A stretch of 64,000 nucleotides of DNA from Hormiphora californensis (Eukaryota; Animalia; Ctenophora), in NCBI GenBank assembly GCA_020137815.1, contig CM035354.1:8432001-8496000 (forward strand), written 5' to 3'. The position numbers and the translations under genes are program-made. Shown here piece after piece: positions 52,866 to 64,000 of the stretch. The notes beneath the pieces were generated by a model. That model searched no databases and was not told the origin of the DNA. It saw only the letters and a program-made list of their open reading frames with translations. Each line of letters opens with the position of its first letter. Position 1 is the first letter of the stretch.

Positions 52866-55401
52866 GGGGGGGGTTCAACCTAAAAATTTCCATTTCCATT
52901 TGCCAAAATCCGGGTATCGATGGAAATTTTTAGAAATTTTTAGAAATTTTTAGAAGTTTTTAGAAATTTTTAGAAGTTTTTAGTACTAAAAATTTCCAAA
53001 AATTTCTAAAAATTTCCAAAAATTTCCATTAATTTCCAAAAATTTCTAAAAATTTCTAAAAATTTCCAAAAATTTCCATTGACCAAGAAAAGAAAAATTA
53101 ACAAAAACTTGAAAATATATAAACACAGTTGTCGAAGAACTGGTTCCTTTTCCTTACCTCTTGTGACAACTGAGCATCAATAAGTTATTGAATGATAGAT
53201 AAGACATCGATATCATATATTTTTGGGCAATCCGTACAATTTCTTCAGAAATCATAGCTTCATTGGACAACTAAGGACGCGGACGTCTCGAAAACTGATT
53301 TAAAAGTAAGTTACCAAATAGCACAAGATTTAGGGGCCGGCAGGCACCTCCGACCCGAAGAAAACAGCAAAAAACGAAAAAAAGAAAAAAAATTTTTTGC
53401 CCCTGCACAAAAACCCAAAAATGCCGGCCCTATTAAGAACAAAGAAAGGTCTTTTTTTTTGGGGGGGGGGGGGGCAAAAAACATGTCAACGATTGTGGCC
53501 ACACCGTTTGAGATATCGACTTGAAATTTTGTAGGCATGTTCTTGTAGTATTCCTTTGTGTCATGACGTTGGCGGATTTTTGAATTTTTAATTAATTAAT
53601 TAATTATAGGTAATTAAAAACGGTGCAAGGGCACCGTGCCCCTGCACATTGCGTGTTCTGTCCCTTGCACCGCGCCCTTGCACCAAATTCTATTTTCCGT
53701 TCTGCTTAAAATATCGACTTGAAACTTTGTAGGAATGTTCTTCAATCATAAAAGATGATGTTCGAAAAGTGGGAATAGTCAAAATTAATTAATTAGTTAG
53801 TTAGAGCCGTGCAAAAAATGGAATTTGGTGCAAGGGCAGGCAATGTGCAAGGGCAAATGGTGCAAGGGCAGCCCTTGCACCAATTTTATGATCGAACTGT
53901 GTCCACACCGTTTAATATTTTGACACGAAACTTTCTATGCATGTTCTAGTAGCATAACTACGAGTACTAGAAGAGCCGTATGATTAATATATCAATTAGG
54001 TAATTAATTATAGGCAAATTAATTAAAATTTGCCCCTGCACAATTTGTGCAAATTTCCCCTGAACATGTGCCCTTGCACCATTTTGTTTGCCCCTGCACA
54101 TTTTTTGCAACTTTGATATTCAAACTGTGGCCACACCGTTTGAAATTTCGAAATGAAACTTTGCATGTATGTTCTAGTAGTATAACTACGAGTCATAACG
54201 GAGCCGGATTTTTGATTTTCTAATTAATTAATTAATTATAATCAATTAAAACTTTTGCCCCTGCACCAATTTGCCCCTGCACAGTTTTGGCAAATTTGAT
54301 ATTCAAACTTTGAGCCTTTGTGAAAGTAATGAAAATTATTTATTTCAGGTTATGATGAACAATAAGCTATAAAAACGCCCCTTTTTGTTACACAAGCCTG
54401 TGCTTGGTATCGAAGACACCTCACACTCTGTCGCCGGGCGACCTTCGCGTGCACACGCTGGCAAGGGGTAACTTCGTAACCAAAGCCTGTGCATTGTGCA
54501 TAATGAAATGGATAAATTTTCATCCAGTTGCTGGCGATAGAACTCGATAGAGTTCGATTGATTTACCATGACAACGGAGTTGGTTACCATACTAACAAGA
54601 GAATTCGTTGTAAAATAGTCCTTTCTTGCTATAAACTCGGCCTTTAGATAGAAAATTGATTTTATTCTACTCGCACTAATGCAAGGGCATTTCACAGTTT
54701 GGTGCCGTTATTTTTGTCTCTATTTTTAATAGGATTTTGGGATTAGACTGAAAGTATGGGATCATTTGAGAAGTAGTGAAGATTTGAAACATGTTAGCAA
54801 CTTGCCGGTTCGACAAACTAAACCCATATGATTCCAACTTCGGGTCGGACGAGGGGAAGCTTGCCTTTTGCGAACATACCTTATGTACTTATATAAGGTG
54901 CTATTTGGTAACTTACTTTTAAATATTCCTTCGGACGGGTCCTTTTACCATGACTAATGCTTAATACCGTAGTAGATCAGGTTTCTTAGCATACAATATA
55001 GAAACTTAAACTCTTTTTTAAACTCGATAAGGGATATAGCGAGAATAAGTACTAACTTACTGTCGAAAACATGCATAGATTACCTGTCATTACCTTGGAA
55101 TTGGGTTACCGACGAACTTATATAAACTTCTAAAAGTTTCTAAAAACTTCTAAAAATTTCTAAAAATTTCTAAAAACTTCTAAAAATTTCTAAAAATTTC
55201 CATTTACTAAAAACTTCCAAAAATTTCCATTGTCCATAAATTTCTAAAAATTTCTAAAAATTTCTAAAAATTTCCAAAAAATTCTAAAAATTTCCAAAAA
55301 TTTCCAAAAATTTCTAAAAATTTCTAAAAATTTCCAAAATAAAATTTCCATTTGCCAAAAAAGTGGGTATCAATGGAAATTTTTAGGGTTGAACCCCCCC
55401 C
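52866..55401. mobile_element. Foldback element with (AAAAATTTCT)n arrays, containing a nested TTAA-flanked TIR element (~53300-54922)
   Basis: G8TTCAACCTAAAAATTTCCATT ... AATGGAAATTTTTAGGGTTGAAC8; TSD ATGTCTT. Inner TIRs TTAAAAGTAAGTTACCAAATAGCAC / GTGCTATTTGGTAACTTACTTTTAA. Confidence 0.85.
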
Positions 55402-55519
55402 ATGTCTTTCTGACAGAGAGATAGTTTAAACAAGGGTCTTTCTAATCAATAAACCAGAATTCGCTTTCATTTATAGTTTTTCTTCATTAATAGTTTTTCA
55501 ATATTTCAACATGTTGTGT

Positions 55520-55589
55520 CCCTTGTATTACATCAGCAATTAATCACCGTATTGGTTTTCAATTAACCACGTCATTTTTATACTATGGG
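55520..55589 (-). promoter_or_regulatory. Type II SECIS element
   Basis: AUGA (55575-72) + C + 10-bp helix GUGGUUAAUU/GAUUAAUUGC; unpaired GAAA; ministem ACC-AAUAC-GGU; UGAU (55535-32); lower helix CCCAUAGUAU/AUACAAGGG. Confidence 0.9.
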
Positions 55590-55593
55590 CATT

Positions 55594-55971
55594 TTAGATC
55601 AGGGCACACGAAGAAGATTGTGCACCAATTTCACCAGCACTTTCTCCTTTGCTAACGGCCCCGCACGCAACTGCCAGGTCCTCGTAGACAGGAAAACTTC
55701 CTGTTTGCAGTTTGCTGTAGACCACTTTACCGTCTACCACAACCTAAAACATAACATGGGCATTGGGCTTGAGCTAAGTGTGTTTTTTAGTAAGTTTATA
55801 AATATGGACAGTAAGATTGTATCCCTCCCCTCAGTTTACCTCGAAGCTGCTAGAACGGCCGACTTTACCGCTCACTTTAGCATCGGGGAAGTGACTGCTG
55901 AGAACACTGGCGAATTGCCTATAGCGAGGACCGTACCCTCAGGCACCACAATATTCCACTTCCACGATCAT
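55594..55971 (-). CDS. Selenoprotein of the Rdx family (SelW2/MIEN1-like), 93 aa, two exons (55971-55840, 55743-55594), Sec UGA at 55941-55939, C-terminal CaaX
   Basis: MIVEVEYCGA[U]GYGPRYRQFASVLSSHFPDAKVSGKVGRSSSFE|VVVDGKVVYSKLQTGSFPVYEDLAVACGAVSKGESAGEIGAQSSSCALI*. CxxU motif, GRxxSFEV, SKL..G.FP; phase-0 GT-AG intron; SECIS in the 3' UTR. Confidence 0.95.
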
Positions 55972-56185
55972 CCCGTGCTTATGTATTTCTATAGAACTTT
56001 CTAGAACATGGAGGGATAGAATAATGATTAGTTGGGCAAGAAAGGGTAGGATAAACTGGGGAAATTGGCAGATAAACTGGGGACAGGGTTTACTTCAGAC
56101 TTCAGAGGGAAGGTTGGTAGTAAAACTCGTAAATAAATTGCAATCAAAATGTTAATTCATCATCAAACTTAAAACATCAATAGTT

Positions 56186-58115
56186 TCACCACTTTCCCTT
56201 TCCTTTTTTCTTGGGCTTCCCCTTGGGCTTGTTAGCAGGTTGTTTCCCGGATTGTGGCGGGATTACAGGTTCTTCGATGACGGGCTCAGTTTTCTTACCA
56301 ACTTTTTTAGACATATCTAGAGCGGCCTCGGCTGATTTATTAGCAGAAGAGAGGCCTTGAGATCCCTTTCCAATCGCTTCATTCCTGTTCCTCTTCTTAC
56401 GTCTATAGTAACTTCTTTCTTGCCTGGGAATCCATCGCTCAGGATCAGCTCCACCTTCCACCAACACCTTAGGTAACCTGATCTTCTTTTTCTTCCTCTT
56501 TTTCTCCTTTGTCTCAAACCTTCTGTTTGCTTCACTCAGTTTCGCATCTTCAGGATTTATTACTTTCCGCAGTCCACGTGCAGCTGTAACTCCAGTTCCT
56601 ATCTCCAACTCCTCAAGGTCAATGTCCGAAGGTATTTCGATCTCTGGAAGGCGTTTCGCAACTTCATAAGCACGCGAAACATCAAATTGGGACACAGATC
56701 GAATTAGAAGAGCGAGAGCCTTAACATTTCCAGGATACCTAGACAGCAGGATTTCCAATGAAGAAGCTGCATCTTTCGGCATGTCATAGGCGAGACGAAA
56801 CCTAGCACAAATCAGGGTCCACTTTATTAGGTTAGCAGGATCACAAGTTTCCGCGAGATCTTTCAAACTTTTATCCATGTACTCAGCGGCCTTTTCCGGT
56901 CCTGACCCAAGGAAGTAAAGAGCACTGATAAGAGATGCCATTCCTGGCTTGTTTGCCATTGACTTGATTTTGATAAGGGCGGAAGCAGCATCAGCAAATG
57001 AACCTAATTTAAGGAGAAGTTGAGAGGCAGCCAACAAAGTTTTTTCAGTCCGAAGTGTTTTCTACTGCCAGGACCTTGAGAGCATCGTTAAGTTTCTTAT
57101 CTCGGATGTAGGAGGATGCCAAGAGAAGGTGGGCCATAGGTACTCCTTCTGCAGCCATATCAGCACTCTTCTTTCTAAACTGATCCATGTGGTTGGTATG
57201 ATAAGACAGAAGGCAGGAGTTAAACTCAATCGAAAGCAGTTGAGCCTTTGTGAGTTTCTTTGGTGCACTAGTAGCAATTTTAACTTTTTTCTTGCTATCG
57301 AACATGTTTTGCTCTTTGTTAATGGAAATTATGTTGTTAGCAGCAACAGCAAGGGTTTGAGAATCACCATATTTCTCTCTTAGAACAGTGCCATATATCT
57401 CCATCGCATCCTTATCATTCCCCTCTTTTTGCAGACACAATCCTCTCATAACTTCAATGGGTGCTAATTCACATTTCGCATCCGTTTCATCATCTTCAAA
57501 TTCTTTAGAACATAACTCCCGAGCTCGGTTCAATTTATTATTTGCTTCCACCAGGTCCCCCTTTGCAAGGCAGTAACAGGCAGAATTGTAGGACAGTTCA
57601 TATGTGCTTTCTCGAAGACCTGGCCACTTGTTTGGAGTGTTGCTAAAGGAAGCAGAAGATGCAAGAGCGGCGGCCAGATTAGTCTCACGCTCATTGGTGT
57701 TCGCGTCAACTAAGCTCTTTACAAGAGTTTTGTAAATTGATACAGCACTATCATAATTCTCCAGTTTGTAGTAAATTTGGGCCAGCAGTTCGTCCACCTT
57801 TGAAGATGGTTCAGCTTTATTCAATTCTGTCAGGGCATCTTCAAGTTTTCCTTGACGGTACAGACAGTACGCTCTATCGAACCACATCGGAATGTCTTTA
57901 AGCAATTTGTCAGTGCTCATCACATGATATGCCTCCTTGCATTTGTCGGTCTTCATCAAGCAGATAACTTTGCATCTCAATGCATCCTCGTCTTTGGGAT
58001 TTCGTTTTAAAATTTCAATGCACAGCGGAAGAGCTTTGGCGAAATTTCCATCATTTCCAAACTTCTGAATCTGAGTAAATAGCTGCTCAACTGTTTTTTC
58101 AGTGACAGACGTCAT
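56186..58115 (-). CDS. SRP72: Signal recognition particle subunit SRP72, intronless, one apparent frameshift at ~57040-57046
   Basis: TPR region (DALRCKVICL, FDRAYCLYR, ELLAQIYYKLENY..Y, ERETNLAA, TYELSYNSAC) and the RNA-binding motif KKKIRLPK..ADPERWIPRQERSYYR..GKGSQG. The two ORFs abut across 7 nt. Confidence 0.95.
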
Positions 58116-58717
58116 TCTTCGAAATCAAACAAGATCACACGTTGAGTACAGAGTTGTCCCCTCAGTTCGACGCAGCAACGAAACAATCAAAACTTTTGTA
58201 AAATATGCGAAAATTAATAAAATAAATGAGCAGCTGCAGCTCAGCCGGCGCGGCAGTTTTTGCTGCGCGCGACATACGTTTATGTCACGCGCATTACCAA
58301 AGCCGCGCGATCAGTTTCGCCAAAACAAGGACCTTGTTGTTTGTTTTTAGTTTCATTCCCGTTTCATTTCTTGATTTAGTAGAACTTCAACTTTTCCATA
58401 CACTTCTTCATTAAGAAGTACAAGTAGCTGTAGAATAAGAATAAAATAAAATTTTGGATTAATTATTCAGAATAATCAATTAATCTCTCCTTAACAGAAT
58501 ATGTGTGAGATTTCCCAATTGTTATGTTCTGTTGTACGTGAGTGTGTATCACTGATACTATCAGCACCAGAAGGAAAAGATCAGGATCAAAATTACTTCG
58601 TAAAATTAGATTTAGATAAAGAGTCCAAAAAAGTATAGGCGGACCTGTCTGGCGGCGCCTGACAGGATCGGAGCGGACTCTTTATCTACAAAGTCTAAAC
58701 AAGGCGGACTCTATCAT

Positions 58718-59448
58718 GGGCGAGCACAGACTGATCAAACTTGATCATGATCAAACTTGATCAAGATCATGATCAAGTCGCACAGACTGATCAGACCTGG
58801 TCATTTGAATTTTGATATATGTATCATATAATGTATAATTTATACCAAGGTGAAAACCATTGTACCCGACTAATTTTGATATACTGAATCAAGTGAGCAA
58901 CTTTGGCAAGCGATAAGAGTCGAAGAAAGTGCCCTAATTGAGCATAATTGGGTCTAATTAACCCACTTACAACTGTTCGCCTGGAAACTATGGACGCTCA
59001 TCCAGGGGCACTTTTCCGACTAATTTTAATACGCTGAATCACGTTCGCAATTTTTCTAAGTCCTCAGAGATGGGAAAAGTGGCCTAATTGGGTGTAATTG
59101 GCCTAAATTGCTCAATTAGGGCACTTTTCCCAACTCTGAGGGCTTGGGAAAATTGTTTACATGATTTAGCATATATGTAGTATCCAGGAGAAAAGTTGTA
59201 AGTACGGTCAATTAGATCCAATTATGCTCAATTACAGCACTTTCTTCAGCTTTAGTAATCACTTGTCAAAGTTTCTCATTTGATTCAGCGTATCAAAGTT
59301 AGTCGGGTACAATGGTTTTTGTTTTGATAAATATATAATTGACCTTTAGTTTCGGTTTTTATGATTAAATGACTGATCAGTCTGTGCAACTTGATCAATA
59401 TCTTGATCAAGTTTGATCATTATAAAGTTTGATCAGTCTGTGCGCCCC
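58718..59448. mobile_element. PIF/Harbinger-like MITE
   Basis: GGGCGAGCACAGACTGATCAAACTT ... AAGTTTGATCAGTCTGTGCGCCCC|TAA. Confidence 0.7.
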
Positions 59449-59861
59449 TAACGGTAGTTTCAAAATAACGGGAAACAGAATGTTTTCACAGAAATCTTTA
59501 CTGATAATTCTACACTCTCTGATAACTCTGACGATGAACTCAAATATCTTTATCTCTCTCTAGGTCTCTCCCACACACTATCTCAGCTTCGCTCTCTCAC
59601 TCTAACTACTGTTAATCTCTGTTTAAATTTTAAGTCAAACGGATGAAAGAGAGATACGTTATAGCCTTCTGAAAACTGGTTGTTAGCCAAATGGCAAGCA
59701 CCCATTAAACATATTAATTACTACGTTTCTGGCGGCATATTGGGGGGGGGGGGGGGCGCAGTGATATATTAATTTTCGGTATTTCTACAATAAGCAAGAC
59801 TAGAAAGTTAAGTCTGTCTGATAATGCCACATGCTAATGCTATTTGTCTCAGTGGGTCCCC

Positions 59862-62800
59862 CTAAAGAGGTATCTCTGCCATCGTATCACTGTTAGTTGG
59901 GCTCTTTTCCGTTGCAATGTTTGTTACTACATCAGACTTCAGTTCATCACTATACGCAGCATTTTGGAAAGCCGCCTCCCGACGCACCCACAGTCTCCAT
60001 CCTATGAAGTATAGAGCAGTTCCTATTATCTTGGCAGTCATTGCCATCACTACAGCTGCTCTCATTAGTGCTACATTATCGTACTCCTGGCAGGCCCCCG
60101 TGTCTCCACACTCATTCTTCTGTAAGTGGAGAATGGTAGATTTAGGGAGTATTAGGGCTTTGTTTCAATTAGAAAATCGCAGTTGTTGACATAAACTATG
60201 CGGTAGTAGGGGTGACGCATATTTAGGGGGGGGGGGGGGGGGGGTAACACGTAACACTTTGTAACATGTATAGAAAACTTTTTGTGTACGTTACGTGATA
60301 CGTGTAAAAAACCTCCAGGAACGTCTCCCAGACACGTCCTAGCATAACATTAATAATGTACATACGTTCCAGAGAATGCAAGCTTTGTCGATAAAAACTC
60401 CAAGAATGATGGGTCCAGGAAAGGAGCCAAATACTCTGAAGGCCACGCTTTGTAGAGATATAGCCATTACTCGCTCACTGTCCTTGACACATCTGCAAGG
60501 AAGGAGGTCCAACTATAAATTGTAATAAACAATACATAATAAAGTTAGTATTACCCCTCTTTTTCTGTTTGCCCTCGCCCATGTCGGGGTGCCTGTAAAT
60601 CTAGTTTTAGGGTTAATGTATTACCTTAGATTGACAGTAAGGAATATGATGTTATTAAGGAAGGTAAAGAACATGATGAATAAGAGAGCGACGATAAAAG
60701 GAATGAGGAGAGAACATCCAGTATCACAGGATCCTGCAGTAGCCGTTCCTTGTACAGCGAGACCGCAGCAGTCATTGTAACTCAAATCCTGAAATAGCGG
60801 TGGTGAGAACTTCCTCCGATAAAAGTGATCTCCAATCCATTAGAGCTAGTGGAGATACATCGAATCCCAGATACATTGGGGATACTCAATACTCATACAT
60901 GACTTATTTTCACGCCAAAAAGGGCAAATAAAAACAGTGTAAAATGCAAGTTGAAAAATCTAAAAGATTTCATCTCAACCCAAGTGAGGCCTATTATTAT
61001 TGGTATGGAGGTTCCTTAGATATTTTTACAATTTACAAATCAAAATTCAAAGTAGGGTAAGCTGGGGCGAAAGTGGCCAATTTTTAACGTTTTAGGTTCT
61101 AAAATACGCAATATATACAGCAGGAAGAAAAAAATTATATAGGCTATCCAATGAGACGTTTTCCTTTCAGCCGAGCTAAATTTTAAAATCTGCAAATTTT
61201 ATTTAATGTTAATGGGTTAATTAATCAATTCAAATAATTTGGTGAGGCTTTTTTTTGGAAAATTTGCACTGGGGCAAAGTGGCCCAAGCCAATAGCATTG
61301 CTCAATTTTATCACGTGACTGATGTTGTTAGAACACCGATAGTTGGGGCAAAGTGGTCCATGTTGTCTCCAGCAGGTTCTGATCTGGACCACTTTGCCCC
61401 AGTACACTGTGCAGTGTCACGTGGTATTGCAAGCTACATTTCATTGGTCCAAGCGGATAAAGATGACCAATCAGGATTGGGGATTAAGAAATGCAACTGT
61501 GTGTGTAACCATGGTAACACTTGTCATACACTGACTGTACATCGCGCAACCTCGCTACGCGGCCTCACGTAGCCGCACCGGGCCTTCGGCCCGGTGCGAA
61601 GAGGAGGGTCTCATATGAGACAAGGTAACACACACATACAGCTCCTGTTCTGGACCACTTTGCCCCAGTGCATTCCAATGTCACGTGGTATCACGTGGTA
61701 TTGTAGGCTCCATTTCATTGGTCCTAGAGGTGGACCACTTTGCCCCAGAGAGTGGACCATATTTGCCCCAATTTGAGTAATTTGACAATTTAATCAACTT
61801 AATATTGAGTTTTTTGAAAAATTTTTATATCAAGTTTTAGAAGGATAAAAAACCTAACTGGCAGTTTTTGCAAAATTAAAATCGGCCAACTCAAACAGAA
61901 ATTACAGCAGTTTTAAAGCAAAAGTCCGGAACAGAACGAGCAGGTCTCCGCTGGAGAAAAAGTCACGTGACCACATGTAATAACTAGGGCCACTTTACCC
62001 GGTGGGCCAAACTGCCCCAGCTTACCATACTAAAAAAACTTACACAGTCTCCTTTCAGTTTCCTTTGGCTGGCGGGCAACGACCGGCTACGCGCGCAAAC
62101 ATCTAAACCTCAGAGGCTCGCGCGTTACTGTTTCACCGAGAGGGGGAATGGGACAGTCGTTAAATTGTTATAACAGCCGATAATAGATGGGATGTTGGCA
62201 AATTCAATCAAACTCTGTTGAATTAATTCTATTGCTTTTGAGTGTGTACGTTGTTTATAAACACTGTGCTTTCTATAAAAAGTTTTATATCAACAGCTAA
62301 AATTTGTTAGGCTGAATAACTCGATCTATTATGTCCCTCTCGTGTAAACAAAGAACTGTGAGATGTTTGAAGCAGATGGTAAGGGATTAAATTGCAGATA
62401 ACCTGTGAATCGTACTGTGAGCAGCCGGCGGCACAGGCGGTCCTGTAGGTTATTCCATCGAGACATACTGGGTCATACACATCTTCTCCAGGACATTGAT
62501 CCTTACAGAGGGTTTCCACTCTTTGGGCACATCTGCGGAAATAACTTGGTCAATGATGTCCACTTAAAACGTATCTCCGACATTATCAATACAAAGCTTG
62601 TATACATACAACAATCTTATCCAATTCTGTTTCCGTCCACCCTCATTTTAAAACAGGAATTAAACATGTAACACATATCAGTATTATCTTTAGAAAAACC
62701 TCCATTCCGATTATCATTATATACTCACGTAGTGTTAGTTGAACTACCGATTCCGTCAAGGGAGAGGGTGGGACAGTGTATGAGTAATCCTAGCTGGGCA

Positions 62801-62865
62801 ATAACACACGCAACTCCAATCCATGCCTGATACTTGGCACACTGGATACCATTTAACTTCCTCCA
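59862..62865 (-). CDS. SLCO/OATP organic anion transporter, last five exons; 5' part lies beyond the window
   Basis: LLIHCP; Kazal-like C..YDPVCLDGITYRTACAAGC; ATAGSCDTGCSLLIPFIVALLFIMFFTFLNNIIFLTVNLR|CVKDSERVMAISLQSVAFRVFGSFPGPIILGVFIDKACILW; CGDTGACQEYDN..R. Confidence 0.9.
61051..62031. mobile_element. TIR element in an SLCO intron
   Basis: AGTAGGGTAAGCTGGGGC ... GCCCCAGCTTACCATACT; internal TGGGGCAAAGTGG / CCACTTTGCCCCA repeats. Confidence 0.75.
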
Positions 62866-63236
62866 CTGCAAAAAGGGTGAGAGGAAGGAATGTAGAGGGT
62901 GTGATTTGTCCGGGAAGTTTATTTAGAAACAATCAGTACATATTAGTTTGCTCTAGCCAAGTTCAGATATTGATTCTTGACTACTGATGGATCAAACCAA
63001 GGTATTTGTATTATGTTTTAGTTTGTTAGATTTCTCCCTGCTTTACGCCTTTCAATGTGGTACTACGTGTGTTTGTAGGCATAATACCCAATAGCTACCT
63101 CTCAAATTAATTAACTATAGTAGGAAATAATTGAAATGTAGTGTAACAAGTATGTGGAAAATAGAGAAAGGATCTCGAATATGTGCTAAAAAGCAAAGGT
63201 GCAGGGGAGACCAGGGGGCGGGGGAGAGAGAAGAGA

Positions 63237-63280
<44 letters not shown>

Positions 63281-64000
63281 GCGAGAGAGAGAGCGAGAGA
63301 GAGAGAGAGAGAGAAAGGATGTAAAGATGCTGTGTAGTGTACGATTGTACGCGACACACTACATAAACAAAATCAAATCATGACGCTACGGTTTAAGGGT
63401 TACCAAACAAAAACAAGCTACACAAGCCATTAGAGATATCAGGGGTGAAGCAGTGTAGAGCAGCCACTCAACGTCACATCATACAATACAGTCTAGGGGT
63501 GATAGATCGTGACTCCTTATTCCTTTAACTTCTCACATATCATCGAGTTACCTGGCCTATCCGAGTTATCTAGCTTTGAGTATCCGAGTCATCCTAGTTA
63601 TCCTGACTTACTATTTTGGTTATCTAGGCTTGCTTATCCTAGCTTGACTATCCGGCTATCTCGAAAACATCAACTATCATATCCGGGCTATCCGCGATCG
63701 GGGTTATCCGGGATTTTACATACCCCCAACTGTATATTTTACCTTGACAATAATTCCACTGAAAATTATTCCTCCAGCAGCTCCCGGAACAGTTATGCCT
63801 CCAGTTATGTAGGCTGCCACAGAGCTGCTCAACCTACAAATTATGTGCACAATAATATTATGTTCATCTATATGGTCCAGAGAAATAATAATACATATAT
63901 GTATAAAGAAAATTTTGGGAACTAATTTTCAGGTTTAATTTTCCACTTCTATAGGACTAGCGCACCCATTGGGTGCGCCTCAAGTAAGGGCTTTTTGATA

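Noticed and set aside
55585-56004. 139-aa plus-strand ORF
   Set aside because: Antisense shadow of the selenoprotein gene; no recognisable motif.
57040-57050. Selenocysteine or programmed frameshift at the SRP72 TGA
   Set aside because: The downstream coding sequence is in another frame, so read-through would not restore it; an assembly indel is simpler.

Overview
Gene-dense, repeat-rich eukaryotic window. It is most likely a cydippid ctenophore (inference from Epsilon-type iGluR hallmarks, a nested intronic gene and AG acceptors just ahead of most ATGs). Genes reconstructed by hand, in order: TNFAIP8-like 3' exons (+), an ionotropic glutamate receptor (-), CCDC171-like coiled-coil gene (-) with an antisense intronless RING/TRAF-zinc-finger gene nested in one intron (+), ULK3 (+), two tandem myosin essential light chains (+), ARID2/BAF200 (-), a two-exon selenoprotein (SelW2/MIEN1 class; in-frame UGA, SECIS, CaaX) missed by the ORF track (-), intronless SRP72 (-), and the 3' exons of an SLCO/OATP transporter (-). 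Introns and intergenic DNA hold many non-autonomous TIR elements (hAT-, Tc1/mariner-, Harbinger-, Kolobok-like and poly-G foldback types), a tRNA-Val-derived sequence and an inverted pair of minimal hammerhead ribozyme motifs. Most notable: the hidden selenoprotein, a possible SRP72-SelW2-ARID2 trans-spliced operon, the hammerhead pair in a ULK3 intron, the CaaX-ending nested E3 ligase, and a myosin light chain with a vertebrate A1-like N-terminal extension. Many single-base indels in conserved genes and several garbled stretches suggest residual assembly error, so frameshifts are not read as pseudogenisation. All homology calls come from recalled motifs, not database searches.
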